Both the position numbers and the translations under genes were made by a program. The notes beneath the pieces were generated by a model. The model made no database searches and was not told where the DNA came from. It was given only the letters and a program-made list of their open reading frames with translations. Source: Lobosporangium transversale (taxonomy: Eukaryota). From it: 64,000 nucleotides of DNA. This document shows, one piece after another, positions 1 through 14,446 of this stretch. The stretch spans positions 992,001 to 1,056,000 of the forward strand of contig NW_019028981.1 in the NCBI RefSeq assembly GCF_002105155.1. Direction: 5' to 3'. Positions within the stretch are counted from its first letter, which is position 1. Every line of letters begins with the position of its first letter.

Positions 1-70
1 CGACATCACCAGCATTACGCATATCTCTCACTTGCTGCTGATGCTGAAGGTGAAGGTCGTGTGAAGACAT
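1..70 (-). CDS. Possible 5' end of a minus-strand gene running off the window (MSSHDLHLQHQQQVRDMRNAGDV...)
   Basis: ATG at 70-68 opens a stop-free frame to the window edge. Upstream sequence on the minus strand is pyrimidine-rich like other 5' UTRs here. Too short to identify. Confidence 0.3.
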   Translation of the reverse strand, partial: MSSHDLHLQHQQQVRDMRNAGDV

Positions 71-1243
71 GGCTCAAATCCCTTGTATTTTTTTTTTATT
101 TTTTTTTATATATATTTATTTTCTATTGATTCCAAGGAGGCTGTTTATTCGTCCTTTTTTCTATGGTCCCTTGTCCTTTGCAGTTTACAATCCAGAGTGA
201 TTTGTATGCTGGTTGCGAGAGAAAGGGAAAGGGAAAGGGAAAGGGAAAGGGAAAGGAAAAGGGATAGGGATGGAAGAAAAGAAGATGAGTGTGTGGCCGT
301 GTGGCGAGGCAGGGAAAAAGTTTGTCAAAAGAGGTTATAAGGTTATATGCACCTCTATATTACAATGTATTTAGTGGTTACAAGTCAATGAAGGCAAGGA
401 CAGAAGAAGAAGGAGAAAAGAAAAAGAAAAGGAAAAGGAAAAAGAAGAAGAGGAAAGAAAGAAGAAGAGGAGGAAGGAAGGAAGAAAAGGAAAGGAAAGG
501 AAGAGATCAAAAAAAAAAAAAAAAAAAAAAAAGTTAATCTTCAATCGATGGAATGGAAATAAAAATGAGATGAAGTTTAATTTTTTGTGCTTTAGTAATG
601 ACTTTGTATTGCAACAGCAAAGGACAGCAAAGCAAAAGCAAAGCAAAGCAAAAGCAAAGCAAAGCAAAAGCAAAAGCAAAGCAAAAGCAAAGAGGACAAA
701 ATAGCACGGATGATAGCACGATGGCACAAAGCACGATAGCACAATAGCACAATAGAACGCAGCAGTCTACAGTAATTTTCTACACCCCAATAGCAAAAAC
801 CGATGCATTCTGATCTGCTTTGTTCATCTTGATCAGCTTTTTTTTTTATTGTTTTCTTTTAGAGGCTGAAATTACGTCACCATTCTTTTTTTTTTTTTTT
901 TTTTTTCTTCTTCTTCTCAAGAAAAGAGTGTATGGTATTGTATGGTATGAGATGGAGAAAAAAAAAAAAAAAAAAAAAAAAAATCTAAAAAAAAAGAGGA
1001 CGTTCATAGAGAGATGAAATAGGGAAAGGGCAGATCTCTTCATTGCCTCAAAGAAGAACTTCATTAACACACAAAAGAGTTTAACTCCTTCTCTTTCTCT
1101 CTCTTTTATTTTTTTACTTTCTCTCTCTCTTTCTTTTCTTTTTTTTTTTGCTCCCCCCTTTTCCCTTCTCTTCTTACAATTCTTTTTTATTTTTATTTTT
1201 ATCTTTTATTCTTTTTTGGCTCATTCCATCTTTGCTCTTCGCA

Positions 1244-1998
1244 ATGGCTTCTGCTATTCCCATCATAGCCCCTCCAGGGGTATCAGTCAACGACAATAAC
1301 CCTAATCCTACCAACAACCCTAATGTCAACTCTTCATCCGCCTCTGAAGCTTCATGGACAGCAAAGACCCCAACCGCTTCCACTCCAAAACCATCTGCTT
1401 CAACCACCCCTTCCACTAAACGTAACGGATAACTTTTTTTATTTTTATTTTTTCTTTTCCTCTCCTTTATCTTTTACTGTCAATATCCTAATTGATTTAG
1501 AGTGTTCTTTTTTTTTTTTTTTTTTTCCTTTTTTCCTCGCGTGTTTGTTCGTTCAATTGACTGATGATAATCATGTATTTTATACTCTCCTATTGTCTCT
1601 TTTCAATCTTAGCTGCCTCCGTGACAAATAGTAATAAAGCTCGCACCTGCCGTAATATCGTGATCCATGGCTTCTGCAAGTACGAGGGCAAAGGTTGCGA
1701 GTTCAACCATGACGTCGTAAGCTACTTTGAAGTATTTCAGTGTGTGTAACCGTTGTGGGTGAGTTGCAAGACATTTTTGTTTTAAATAATTCCATGCATA
1801 TCATGTATCATTTCACATATTGTAGGGAAAACCAACTTCGGTTGCAAGTCCTGAAGTGTAAGCAGCCCCATTTTGTTTATCACCATTTCTATTAAAGACA
1901 ACCCTCGGACCCATCCTGCCCACCTTTTTTATTTTTTATTTTTTATTTTTTATTTTATTTTATTTTTTTTATTACTCTATCAGATCATACAACAACTC

Positions 1999-2035
<37 letters not shown>

Positions 2036-2776
2036 TATCAGATCAAAGGCAAAACTTCATGTCAATTCGCCCATCTTTAAACCCTCAAACCTCAGCACAG
2101 GCTCTGTCAAAGCGGATGCTATTCATGCTCCCGAGTTTGTTCCCAAGGGAAGTCAAGGTAATGAATAGTCTCTGCATCATCCTTCTTCACACAATCATTT
2201 CATATAGTTCTCTTTGGTTGATTGTGCTTTTTATTTTTTCAGATCTTCTAACCTTCAACCTGTCATTATCTCGGTGTTAACCTTAGATTCCAACACGGTC
2301 ACTGGAGCTGTCTATCCTGATGCGCGTCAAATGTATGAGAACGAGGATACTCCATCATTTAATTTCGATTTTTTATTTTTTATTTTTATTTTTTTATTTT
2401 TTTATTTTCTGTCAATGTCTATCTTCAAGAAACCATCTGGACTATGTCGAACCTGCTTTCGCTCTAACGGATCCTTACATCTTGCGTCCCATAATGATAG
2501 GACCCATCCTTATACAACACAAAATAATCTTATGACCAATATCAATAATCTCTCTGGCAACTTTTCGCAATTTACTATTAATGATGTGAGTGCCATTATT
2601 CTTATCGCTGGATCAGATGGAGGGAGCGATAGGCAATTTGGACTCAAAGGACGTTTCAACCAACATTGTTTGATAGATGTCCATTCCTGGAGCAGTACCC
2701 GGGAACTACTATGCTGAAGGTTCCATGAACAACTATTATTTTCAAGGAGGTGGAACTATGGTCCAGCAACCTGTAA

Positions 2777-2809
<33 letters not shown>

Positions 2810-4607
2810 CTTTTCTTTTCTTTTCTTTTCTTTTCTTTTCTTTTCTTTTCTTTTCTTTTCTTTTCTTTTCTTTTCTTTTCTTTTCTTTTCTTTTCTTTTC
2901 TTTTCTTTTCTTTTCTTTTCTTAAGCAGAGTCTTGAACGAAAGTATATTAATACAAAGATTAATGAAATGAAATGACCATTATGATTTGTGTTATTATTT
3001 GATGTTCCAATAATAGCTTCAATATCATTTATATAATACACCGCTACCTCACGTGTCCAACTTGTCACCACATCAAAAAACAATCCATGGATTCTTCATT
3101 TCAGATAGTCTTCGTGAAGAGCTGCATCGTAAAAACGAAATGATTCTACAAACCGTCAACGCTCAGGAGTATGGGCTACCAGAGGAACTGCATGAATACC
3201 ATTCTTTGTATCCACTGGATCTTACACAAGAAAAGTCGACTGAAGTCTTTGGATATCAGTCGAGTGTATACAAGTGCATGTGCAGCGTTGATGGACGGAC
3301 CTATGCTCTCCGTCGGATCGAGGGCTTTAGACTAACGAATGAGCAGGCAATGCAGACCATCGATGGCTGGCGTAGGATAAAACACGCCAATATTGTTTCG
3401 ATCAAGGAAGCATTTACCAGCAAAGCCTTTGGCGATCATTCACTTATTTTTGTTTACGACTACCATCCTTGCTCCAAAACATTGTACGACGTTCATTTCG
3501 GGCCCCAGGCCCAGTTGGCTTCCCAAGTTGTTGTTGGAGTGCCCAAGACCTCGGACCATATCATTCACGAAAGAATCCTTTGGTCCTATCTGATTCAGCT
3601 CACCTCTGCACTCAAAAAAATTCACTCTGTTGGTCTAGCTGCACGTCTAATCGATCCTACAAAGATTTTGGTAACGGGCAAGAACAGGTATTTGCGAAAA
3701 CCATAGTGAAGGCGAAATTAATTCTACATCTGAAAAGGATTGGCTATCGTTGATGTTTGCAGGCGTTTATTATAAAGCACTCGCTCTGATCTCAACTTTT
3801 CCATATTTTTGCAAAAAAAAAAAAAAAAATATTCATGTAGGATTCGACTGAATTGCTGTGGAGTCATGGACATGTTAACATTTGATTCAGCCCCCAACGT
3901 TGCTCATTTGCAACAGGATGATATCTTAAACTTGGGTCAACTCATGATGACATTGGCTTGCAAATCCCTCACAGCCACGCACAACATTTCAAAATCAGTC
4001 GAATACATTACTCAGCACTACTCACAAGATCTGAAGAACATGATATTATATTTGATGAGCCAGCCTGTACCGATGAAGACTGTAGATCAGATCATCACCA
4101 TGCTCGGACCGCGTGTTTTGCAGGAAATCAATGATGTACAGAATGCCAATGATATTCTGGAAAGTGATTTAGGACGAGAACTTGAGAACGGACGACTGGT
4201 TAGACTTCTCATGAAGTTTGGCTTCATCAACGAGAGACCAGAGTTTGATATGGATCCTGCATGGTCAGAGACTGGAGATCGATATATTATCAAACTTTTC
4301 AGAGACTATGTGTTCCATCAGGTTGATGAGGCTGGCTTGCCCGTACTAGACGTCGCTCACGTCCTGACATGTCTCAACAAGGTATATTTGACAATCAAAA
4401 AAAAAAAAAAAAAAAAAAAAAAACGCTTTACTTTGCCATGATCTCTATTAGTAACTAATTCTCATGTTGATCATATAGCTGGATGCCGGTGTAGATGAAA
4501 AGATTGTGTTGATGTCAAGGGATGAACTATCTTGCCTGATTGTCAGCTATCGCGAGATCAAGGCATGTATCGAGTCAGCATTCCGTGACCTCTCAAAGTC
4601 TAAATGA
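1244..4607 (+). CDS. PAN3: PAN2-PAN3 deadenylase subunit PAN3 (CCCH finger, PAM2-like motifs, pseudokinase, C-terminal knob); multi-exon
   Basis: [21 protein letters not shown] finger; LQYHLY...[11 protein letters not shown]; pseudokinase [50 protein letters not shown]...WSETGDRY...FRDYVFHQ; last exon [16 protein letters not shown]...SK* ends at TGA 4605-4607; GT-AG introns join in frame. Confidence 0.95.
2779..2922. repeat. Intronic poly(T) followed by a (TTTTC)n microsatellite
   Basis: Directly visible inside a PAN3 intron. Confidence 0.95.
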
Positions 4608-5083
4608 GCTCATACCTATATTTTCTTCCTCAGGACTGGTTCTTATGGGATGTATTTACAACTTTAGAAGGAAAAAAAAAAAGAAAAAGAAAAAGAAACA
4701 CCAAAAACACTTGAAAACCAAACAAAAAAGAAAAAAAAAAAAGAAAAGAAAAGAAAAGACATTAAGACAGAAATAAAAAAATTACAATTTTGAATCACAC
4801 ACCTGATTTTTGAGATTCAGACAATTTTCCAGAGTCACAAAATTGATCTTAAAAAAAAAAAAAAGCACACCTTGATGCTCTTCCATCCTCCTTTCATTTA
4901 TTGCATTCCATTTGAATATTCTATAGTAATTTGATTCTTTTGCTTATATTTCTGCATGGGTACCAGCTCCTTGTGGCTACTCCTTTGTTCATCAATATAC
5001 TCACAATATCGTCTTCGCCTCGCATACCCTCTTACTTTCCTCCCCTATTCCTCCTGTAGTGTGAGGCCGCTATTTAAACACAC

Positions 5084-8069
5084 ATGCCCAACGCTCCTAA
5101 ACGAAAGGCCACAACCAATGCCTCAACAGGCAGGGAAGGTAGCTCGGCAAACACCTTCAAGCGGAGTACCAGCAATGTAGCCTTGGGGACGCGCGCTGAC
5201 AGCAAACTGAGTCAGGTAAAAAAACTAAAAATAATAAAAGGGAGAAAAACACCCTGATAAATTGATAAATGATTGCATTTTTAAATTTGTTAAAGAATCT
5301 CTATAATCTTCAACGGTCATAGCCAACTCTTAGTACTTTTTTCACAAAGGCCCGAGTTTGCGATGCATCAGGAAAGGAAGCACCTCTTTCTGAAGAAAAA
5401 ATGGGAACCAAATCGTCCTATAGTCTTGTATCTTCCCCTGTAATCAATACATCCTCAGCTCCACGAGCTATCACGTCTACGGCTTCTCTCACAAAAACGC
5501 ACACAACAATAAAGCCACGCAGAACAATTATCTTGGACGAGGATGGTGGCAACAACGGTGGCAACAGCCATAATACGGATCCACGACAGGAACGAATAGC
5601 TGCAAGGTCCGTATTAGCGGCTAGACCATCTCGACCAACGTCAAGGGCCGAAATATTAAACAGGCACTCTACAGGTGACAGGAAAAGGAGCATGGGGCTG
5701 AAGCCCTTACGTAAGGAAGATGATGAGACTTTGCCGTTTGAAGAGCGTATGCCAGGTAACAAAAACTTCCTATTATCACTCTATGGCTGGGGATATTCAT
5801 TGAGCATCTGATATTCAACTATATTGACATGGAAAAATCAGTTTCACCACCAGGTTCCCCTGGAATGAATGCGCGACCACCGTTGTTTCAAGAGCCAAAG
5901 CAGGATGCACTGATAACAGCCCAACAAGATCCAAGAGTTGAGTCAATATCAGCGTCGATGATTGCACCTTCTGAGATTATGAACACGGGACCATCATCGG
6001 GTCCCTGTTCAACAAATACCGGCCCATCTACGCCCCCAAAGAAATCAGATTCCAACTGTAATACTTCTACAAGTGTGAACACTCCGCCTCAACGGTCAAA
6101 GAAAAACCCAAGTCCCTTTAGGACACCAGATAAATCGCGTAGATCCCGCTCAGCCATGGAGTCTCTTGGCCTCTCTCCTCAGGACTCAGTCTTCTGGGTC
6201 AGGACCCCACCTATGGAGGCGCTTAAGAAACTAGGAAGAATGAATACAGGACAGTCTCACGAAGAAGGTATTTATTAAAAAGAAAACTTATCATGTTTGT
6301 GGATCAAAATGTGGTAATATTCTTCATGAAAATAGCATATCGATTTTTTTTTTTTTTGAAACTTATCTTTTTGGGTATTTTCACCTAATAGAGGTTGCGT
6401 CAATCGTCGGTCGACTATATCAAACATCATCCGCAGGTGCGGCACTCAGGTCAATGGTATGACACGTTCGAGCAATTGCACATGTTTATTTTTATCCACG
6501 CTATGATATACACATGACTTGAGAACAACCAAGGCTCAATATTGTTTTATTAACTGCACCTTATAGCCTCGGGGGCCCAAAGACAGGATCAAAGATATGC
6601 TCAACACCATCCGCATGTCTAGTGCGCCCCCTTTTCAAGACTTACATGAAGACTTGGATGACACGGAAGATGGAGACCCAGCATCTCCTACAAAAAAATT
6701 AATGGAAAGGCGCAAAAATGTGTCCAACAGTCGTCAAAGCCTAGTTAAATCAAATACTGCGCTGGAACGTGGGAGGGCTGGACGACGATATGGGCGCGCA
6801 CATCAATATAATAAAAAGACCTTGAATCAACTCTCTCCGAACCACTCAACGCCATGTCCGCAACGTCGCGAGGATATCCTCAAAATGATTGATCAAATCA
6901 ACGCCAATATGGCTGCACCTTCTAATCCCGGGACCTCGGATTCAGATGATGAAGCAGCACCTCTTGATTCTCGTTCCTCAATACGTCCAACTGAGTCTGA
7001 CAGTGTGCCCAAGACACCATTGCGTGACCTTGTCTCGGCCTCATCTCAACTGCACTTTTCACCTGGAGAGTTTGACAATTTTTTCGATGATTTGGACATG
7101 GATGATCATGATTTTGAGGAGTTGACACAGCTCGAACTAGTGTCGTCCATGAGTCCCGGCTTTGCAGCAGCGGACATGTCCATCTCTAGCGTATCTACGT
7201 CTGCGGCATCATGTGGCGGTGGTGACAGGACTTTCTACGATGTTCGACAGGAATTATCGGAGCTGGGGAGAGAGAGAGCAGAAAATCTGCGAGAAGGGTG
7301 GAGAAATGTAACTGATTCTGTAGCCGATAATGTTACTACCACAACAGACACGACCGCTGAGCCTGAGGGGGCAGGTTTAAGCTTGAATGAGGAGCTCATC
7401 GTGGAAGAGGTGACTGAATACCAGGAGAGAATCAACATCAAGAAGGCTAGTACATTGTCAAGTGGTGACTTTGATGACTTTGCAGATCTAGGAGATGATT
7501 TTGAGCTTGAGGATGATGATCTGTATGATGTAAGGGACTAAACTATGATGGACAAATAGTGTGTCTTCTGAGGGTATATCCTATAGCCCTGTGTCAGCTA
7601 CATAGCTACATACATCGCTTATGACAAAATCTTAATTCAATAATCTTTTATCTCTTGCAGACCCCTCTGACTTTCAATGTGCAGGCCCACATTGACAGTG
7701 TAAAATATAGACGCTTTAAGATCATCAAAATCATGGATGGTATTATGGACCCAAGGTGGTATGGTCCCAGTAAGGTAATATTAAAGTTCATAATCAAGAG
7801 AGAATCAAGAGTATCGAACCCGGAAAAAGAGTACTAATATTGCAAAATCCTTTTTTTTTTTTTTTTTTTTTTTTTTGGGGGGGGGGGGGGGGTCACGAAT
7901 GGATCATAGGCTTTGTTTGTTACAGATGATCGGAATCAAACTCCTGCAAAAATATTTCTACGAGACTCATGGATGACTAGTCGTATTGATATTGGTAAGT
8001 CAAGAATACTTGGAGATACTATTCCTCTGCCGTCAGTTGTGGCATCTTCTGTCGAACAATTAATAATCT

Positions 8070-8105
<36 letters not shown>

Positions 8106-11100
8106 GTACTTCAGGTGACATTGTTCATACGATAAGCGCCTTTATATACAAACTCGATATACTAGAGCTAATGTTGGATGACCATCAAGGGTTTTTGATT
8201 GTCAAGCCTGATAGTCTGGTCTCAACGTCAGTTCTTGCAGAGAGCTTCAACTGTATCCGCAAGCCCATCATTGATATCCGTGCTCGAAAGACAGACGAGA
8301 CGACAGTGCCCTTGATTCATGGGACGATGCTGCATGAGCTCTTCCAACAATCACTGCGGAGCAATGATTTTTCGACTGAATCCATGGAGGCAAGGCTGGA
8401 CGATATTATAAAATTACATTTGAATGACCTTTGCCTAATTAGCGAGTCGATCGATGTTGCACGGGAGAGGATCTCGGAACTGATACCAGCATGCCAGGAT
8501 TGGGCTCGAAAATACTTGCGGAATTCACCTTGCGTAAGCTTTGGCTTTCTTTTTTTTTTTTTTTTTTTTTTTTTGCTTTAGGCTTGACTAACAACTATAT
8601 ATTTTTTACTCTTTTTTACTCCCTATAATAGGCAGAAGCAATAGTTGATAATACTATGGGCCATACCCTCAATAATGAATACAGTTTGCTTTGTGTTAAC
8701 AAAATCTTGGACATTGAAGAAAACATCTGGTCGCCAATGTTTGGGCTGAAAGGCAAAATCGATGCAAGCATTCAGGTGGTGCTCAAGACAATGAAAAAAA
8801 ACATGGACCCTGCTATAGCAGAGACAAAGATATTGACGGTTCCATTTGAGCTCAAGACAGGGAAAAAGTCAAACGTGATTTCACATCGTGCCCAAACTAT
8901 GCTCTATACTCTACTCATGACAGATCGATATGGTAAGAACAAGGCCAAAAGGAGATATGATAGAGTGAGAATGTTGATTTAGACACTCAACCACAAGTAG
9001 TGGCTAACAACTACTCATTCTATTATTTATTCCTAATAACTGAACTAATGTATGCTAAAAAAAAAAAAAAAAAAAAAAAAAATAGATGTAGATGTTCAAT
9101 GGGGCTTACTCTTCTATCTCAAGGCCGGGGAACTGATCCGTGTCAATGCACCACATGATCAAATTCGGGCAATCTTATTCCAACGCAATGAGATTGCTGC
9201 ATATGAAGAACAGAAGCTGTCATTGCCTCCTATGGTGCAGGACTCACAAAAATGCGGACGGTGTTTCTCATTCTCATCTTGTACTGTTCTCCACAAGCTG
9301 TTAGAAGATGGGACTGCAGAGTCTTCAGGGCTTGGAGCTATGTTTGATGAGGTAACTGATCACTTGAGCAGTACGCACGCAGAATTCCTGCGCAAATGGA
9401 ACCGACTATTGGCACTAGAACAAGGAGATGTCGCCAAATTCCAAAGTCAGATCTGGTCCATGCTCTCAGTGGATCGACAAGCAAGCGGGAACTGTTTCAG
9501 CAATTTAGAACTAATCGAAGAGCCTAAAGAAAGTAACAATAGGCCCAGAGACCTGTCAAGCAGCAAGGATATTGAGTTTTCAATGTCAGGGCGGTTTGCT
9601 CGACATCAGTATCGATTCAAACTTGGCGCTCCTCCATCATCTCTCAGCCAACAGACTCTCTCACAAACCCTTCGAGGCGGCCTGTCACTTCTAAGCTCCA
9701 ACATTTCTGTAGGAGACCCTATAGTTGTCTCTTCTGAAGGAAATCATTTTGCCCTAGCAATGGGCTATGTTCTTGACATGAGTCTTACGGAAATTACTGT
9801 TGGATTGGACCGCCCGCTGCTTGGACCACCTATGAGGCTAGAAGGCTTCGATCAGGAGCGTAATCAATCTTATAGAGGTTTGATTAGTATTGAAAATCCA
9901 GTACCGTCCTCTGGTAATACTGAGGAATATTATTCTAATCTAGCCAAGAACAAAGTCATGTTCCGGCTAGATAAGGATGAAATGTCCGCAGGCATTGCTC
10001 GGACACGTAATAACCTTGTACAACTGTTCCGTGCAGATGCTGACGGAGGTGATTCGAAGCGAAGACGGTTGATAGTTGATTTGGAGAGACCAGAGTTTGA
10101 GCCAATTCATGACTTTAAGCGACAGGATCTTCTTGATCTGAACGGAGACCAATGCCGAGCAGTGGAGGCTGTACTGGCAGCAAGGGATTACGCGCTTATT
10201 TTGGGCATGCCAGGGACAGGCAAAACAACAACAATCGCACAAATCATTCACATCTTGGTGAGACAGGGCAAATCCGTGTTATTGACGTCGTACACTCATT
10301 CTGCAGTCGATAATGTACTCTTGAAGTTCCTGAAACTGGGACAACGACCAGACACTAATGTTGTACGACTTGGTAATAAGGACAGAGTGCATCGCGATAT
10401 TCAGAGATTGATTCCAGATTTTAGTCAACCACCGCTGAACACTGTCGAAGCAATTCATAACTTTTATGGAAGGTGCCAAGTTGTAGGAACGACCTGTTTA
10501 GGCATTGGAGAGTAAGTAAATCCTGAGTTTGATTTGTATTCTTTAATATATTATAACAAGTGGTCATTGACAGCCCTTTTTTTTTTTTTTTTTTTTTTTC
10601 GAACTGCCAGCCCCTTGTTTACAGAAAAACGATTTGATTATTGCATTGTGGACGAGGCTTCGCAGATCACGCTGCCGGCTTGCCTTGGACCGATCCGATA
10701 TGCAGACATATTCGTACTAGTTGGAGATCACAATCAACTTCCACCATTGGTAAATGAGGCGGCTGCTGCTTAGTCTTGCGTCATTTCAATACTCTATTTG
10801 TACTTTTTCTTATACGATTGACATTAACACGCGACTTTGATAATTGCTTTTTCGTTCAAATCTTATGCAGGTCAAGAATGTAGAGGCTAAGGAAGATGGA
10901 TTTGATCAAAGTCTGTTTAAGATGCTTTCAGATCGATATCCTGAAGCTGTGACCAGTCTGACACAGCAGTATCGCATGAACAAGGATGTCATGCTTTTAT
11001 CGAACACACTTGTTTATGAAAATCAGCTCAAATGTGCGACAGAAGAGGTGGCGAATAAGGTGCTCGATATTCCATCCATGAATAACTTTAGAGACTACTG

Positions 11101-12082
11101 CCATTATTATAATAACTCTAAACCAATCGTTCCTACAGCATCTAATGGAACTGAAATCAAGGCTACTGCACAGTGCTTTGGCCATTCTCGAGAAAGGCCC
11201 TGTTGGTTAGAGCAGATACTGAACCCAAAGCAGTCTGTCGTCTTTGTGGATACGGATGATGTTCCTGCACGTGAGATACGGGTCGGTCACTCGACACAGA
11301 ACCCGACAGAGGCATTGCTTGTACGACAGTTAGTGGAGGCATTCATCGGCGGAGGAATTTCTGAACAAGATATTGGTATCATTTCAGTACTACGAGCCCA
11401 ATTGAAGGTGCTGTCAAGACTCTTGCGGACACGGCCATTACTAGATATTCATACTGTAGATCGATACCAGGGTAAAGACAAGGAATGTGTGATTGTATCA
11501 TTGGTTCGATCGAATACAGAGCAGCAAGTTGGGGAACTGTTGAAGGACTGGCGTCGAATCAATGTTGCGTTTACAAGGGCTAAAAGAAAATTGGTGGTAT
11601 TTGGATCGAGACAAACTTTGCAAGGATCACCTGTGTTTGAGCAGTTTTTGAGGTTGATGGAGCAACAGCAATGGACCCTGAAGCTACAGCCGATGGCTCA
11701 AAACCAGCATCCATGTTTGTCACAAGTCTCAACAACATCAGCAGCGACAGCAGCGACAAAGGTCGGTATGCTATCGTCATTGGAGTCAAAAGAGACTGGT
11801 TGTGTAAAAATGAGACAGCTAGGTGTCTTGGATGAGGGTGCAGAAAAAGGCGATGACGGTGATGAAGAGGTAACAGACAAGGAGAACATTATCCCAACTG
11901 TTAATAGTATGAAGGCAACCACATATGCGAGAGGAAAGGACACTGAAAAGGAAAATAAGGAGAAGGGGTGTATAGATGTGGATTCGAACAGGACAAGAAG
12001 ACAGCCCAAGGTATCACGTCTGCATGCAGAGACTGTGTTGAAGAAGATGCCGATTGTGAAGAATATTGTAGATAGTATGTAG
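5084..12082 (+). CDS. DNA2: DNA replication nuclease/helicase Dna2 with long disordered N-terminus; multi-exon
   Basis: Nuclease motifs [17 protein letters not shown] and PFELKTGK; Fe-S cysteines ([16 protein letters not shown]); SF1 helicase motifs [45 protein letters not shown]. The start at ATG 5084 comes from an in-frame splice chain. Confidence 0.95.
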
Positions 12083-12727
12083 GCGGGTTGATCTTGTTTC
12101 ATGCATTTAAAAATGAGATAGGATATCAAGCACTTCTATTTCATTTGATAGATCAATAATCAGATAGATGCATTCAATCGATTCATGTCTTTTTATTTAC
12201 TCCGCCTTTCAGGGACGGAGATTGTTGATTGTGTACAGACCATGTGTTGATGTAATACTGGTAATACATGTAATTGCGGGAAAATGAAGCCCAGCTCGTT
12301 TTCTTGTTTGTTGTTTTATTGGCTTATTATCTTGTGGAAAAATGAGGCTAAATGGCACGCTAATTTGATGAGGAGCAAAAGCAAGCAAGCAATTAAATTA
12401 TCTTGTCTTTTGCTTTTCTTTTTTCTTTTCTTTTCTTTTCTCTCTTTTTTATATACCATCTTTTATTATTTATTTTTATTTTTTTTTATTTTTTTTATTT
12501 GATTACCCATTTTATTGCATCCTACTGTCACTTTGCTCATTGACAACACGCTGCATCTGATTCTGTCATAAAAGACGTATTGATTGTGAGGCGAAACAAG
12601 TGGAAAAGAAAAGAAACTCTCAGGAGGTCCAACAACCAACTAACGGCAACGGCTTCTACCCTACTCACAGGAACTCTCCATTCCTCTTTTATTCTACAAT
12701 TTTTTTTACTTTTAACATCCTACAACA

Positions 12728-14272
12728 ATGACTACACCTCGGGCTGTGGAGAGATCACTCTCGGAATTAAACTTGCTTGGTCCTGATGGCTGGCCTGCTT
12801 GGACTCAGGTTTTGCAAAAGTCATATAAGACAAACTATGGTCGTAGTGAGGACCCTGGTAAGAAAAAAAAAAAAAAAAAAAAAAAAGAAAAAAAAGTCAA
12901 ATAAACATGAGCAATATAGGACCCGACCCGTTAATCAAAAGTGAACTATCGATACTTACTATCTTGCTTTGGCTCTTTGTTATGCTTGTTGGACATGAAT
13001 GACTTGCACTTATTACAACCACAACTATAACTTTCATTAACGTTACCGGCTACAACTTTGCATAGTTTACCTCCATCTCGCGTCCAAGACGCGACTTGGC
13101 GCAGTAACCCTGCTGGCAGTACAGTTTCTGGATTTCTTGCAGGAAGATGGGCGATACGTAATGTTTCAGATGTCCATCACTGACCAAAATCTGCTCTCAA
13201 CCATTCAGAGCAACCAAGTTGGACAACTTGCATGGTACGTCCTTCATTAACTCCCTGTCTCCAGAAGATGTTTTCGTGCTCAAAAAAATAAGTTTGCACG
13301 TCAAAAAAAAAAAAAAAAAAAATCTTTTACGTTGTATCAACTGTTTGCGGAAACATGTGAAATCACTCAAGACTGACAAAAAAAATCTCTTCATGACATT
13401 GCATGTATTTTCAATAATAAAAACGGATTCACAGGCAGATGCCCAAGTCGCGCGAGTACTTTCATTTGACTGGCAAATTTTACATCTGCTCCGCACCCCG
13501 CCAAGTTACTCGTTATTCGCCGCCCGTACTTCCTCATATCAGTGGCACGGCTGAGGATTTGGCTACACAGCGCCAGGTTTCCAACCAATTCTGGGAGGCC
13601 AAACGTGTGGAACAGTGGCGCAAACTACCACCCAAGATCAGGGCATCATACACTTGGCCAATGTCAGGCAGCACACCCAAGGCACCTAGTACTTCGTTCC
13701 AATGTCTAGCGATGGAGGACTTGACACAACAGGAGGCGGTTGGCAGGAACAATAATCGGGATAGTTTAATGTCACAGGATGGCACACCTTATCCCATGTC
13801 ATCTCCTTCGTCACCTTCTTCCGTCACATCGTTCCGTTCACGCTGGAATTCTTTTGCAGGCGGTGCAACATCACCAACAACAGATGAGGCACCAGCACCT
13901 TTGTCGCCTATCTCGGCCAAGATTCGAAACGACAACCCTGCCAAAATTCTACATGATATTGCCTTGGATAATTTCTGCCTGCTACTATTCAAGCCCTTGG
14001 ACATTGTTCATTTTGAGTCGTCGCCTCTTCCACCCAAGAGAACTGTAAGTTTTAACCTTGTTGACTTGCAATTGTTTATTATTGTTATTTAAGTTCTTTT
14101 CTTTTCTTTTCTTTTTTTTTTTTCTTTTTGCGGTCCGTTGCGCATGGTTCTTTTTTCTTTTCGACCTTACTTGTACAATGGCTAATGTTTCTTAATTTGC
14201 TGGATTTTATCCAATTAGATCTACACTGTAGACGCAGCTGGCCAATGGGTAGTGACTGAGGCGAACCCATAA
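12728..14272 (+). CDS. Pyridoxamine 5'-phosphate oxidase-like split-barrel protein (YGR017W/Alr4036-like), divergent; 4 exons
   Basis: Spliced product WPAWTQVL...LHLAS...VQFLDFL...QLAWQMPKSREYFHLTG...WRKLPPKIRASYTWP...ALDNFCLLLFKPLDIVHFESSPLPPKRTIYT...WVVTEANP* follows this family's layout. Confidence 0.65.
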
Positions 14273-14446
14273 AGAGGGAGGGGGGTTATGTTTTTTTAAG
14301 TATCGAAATATTGATAATGGCGATTTGGAATACTTCCTCTCTGATATTATTTTATCCGCCATCTATCTTAATAAATATATACATGCATTTCTATAATTGG
14401 TCTATGCTAAGGTTTTCAATTTCTTGTTCTCGTTCTCAATGCAGAA

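Noticed and set aside
83..1070. ORFs rich in K/R/E or F/L/C (ERERER, KKKK, FAFALL)
   Set aside because: They are translations of (GGAAAG)n, (AAAGC)n and homopolymer tracts in intergenic or UTR DNA.
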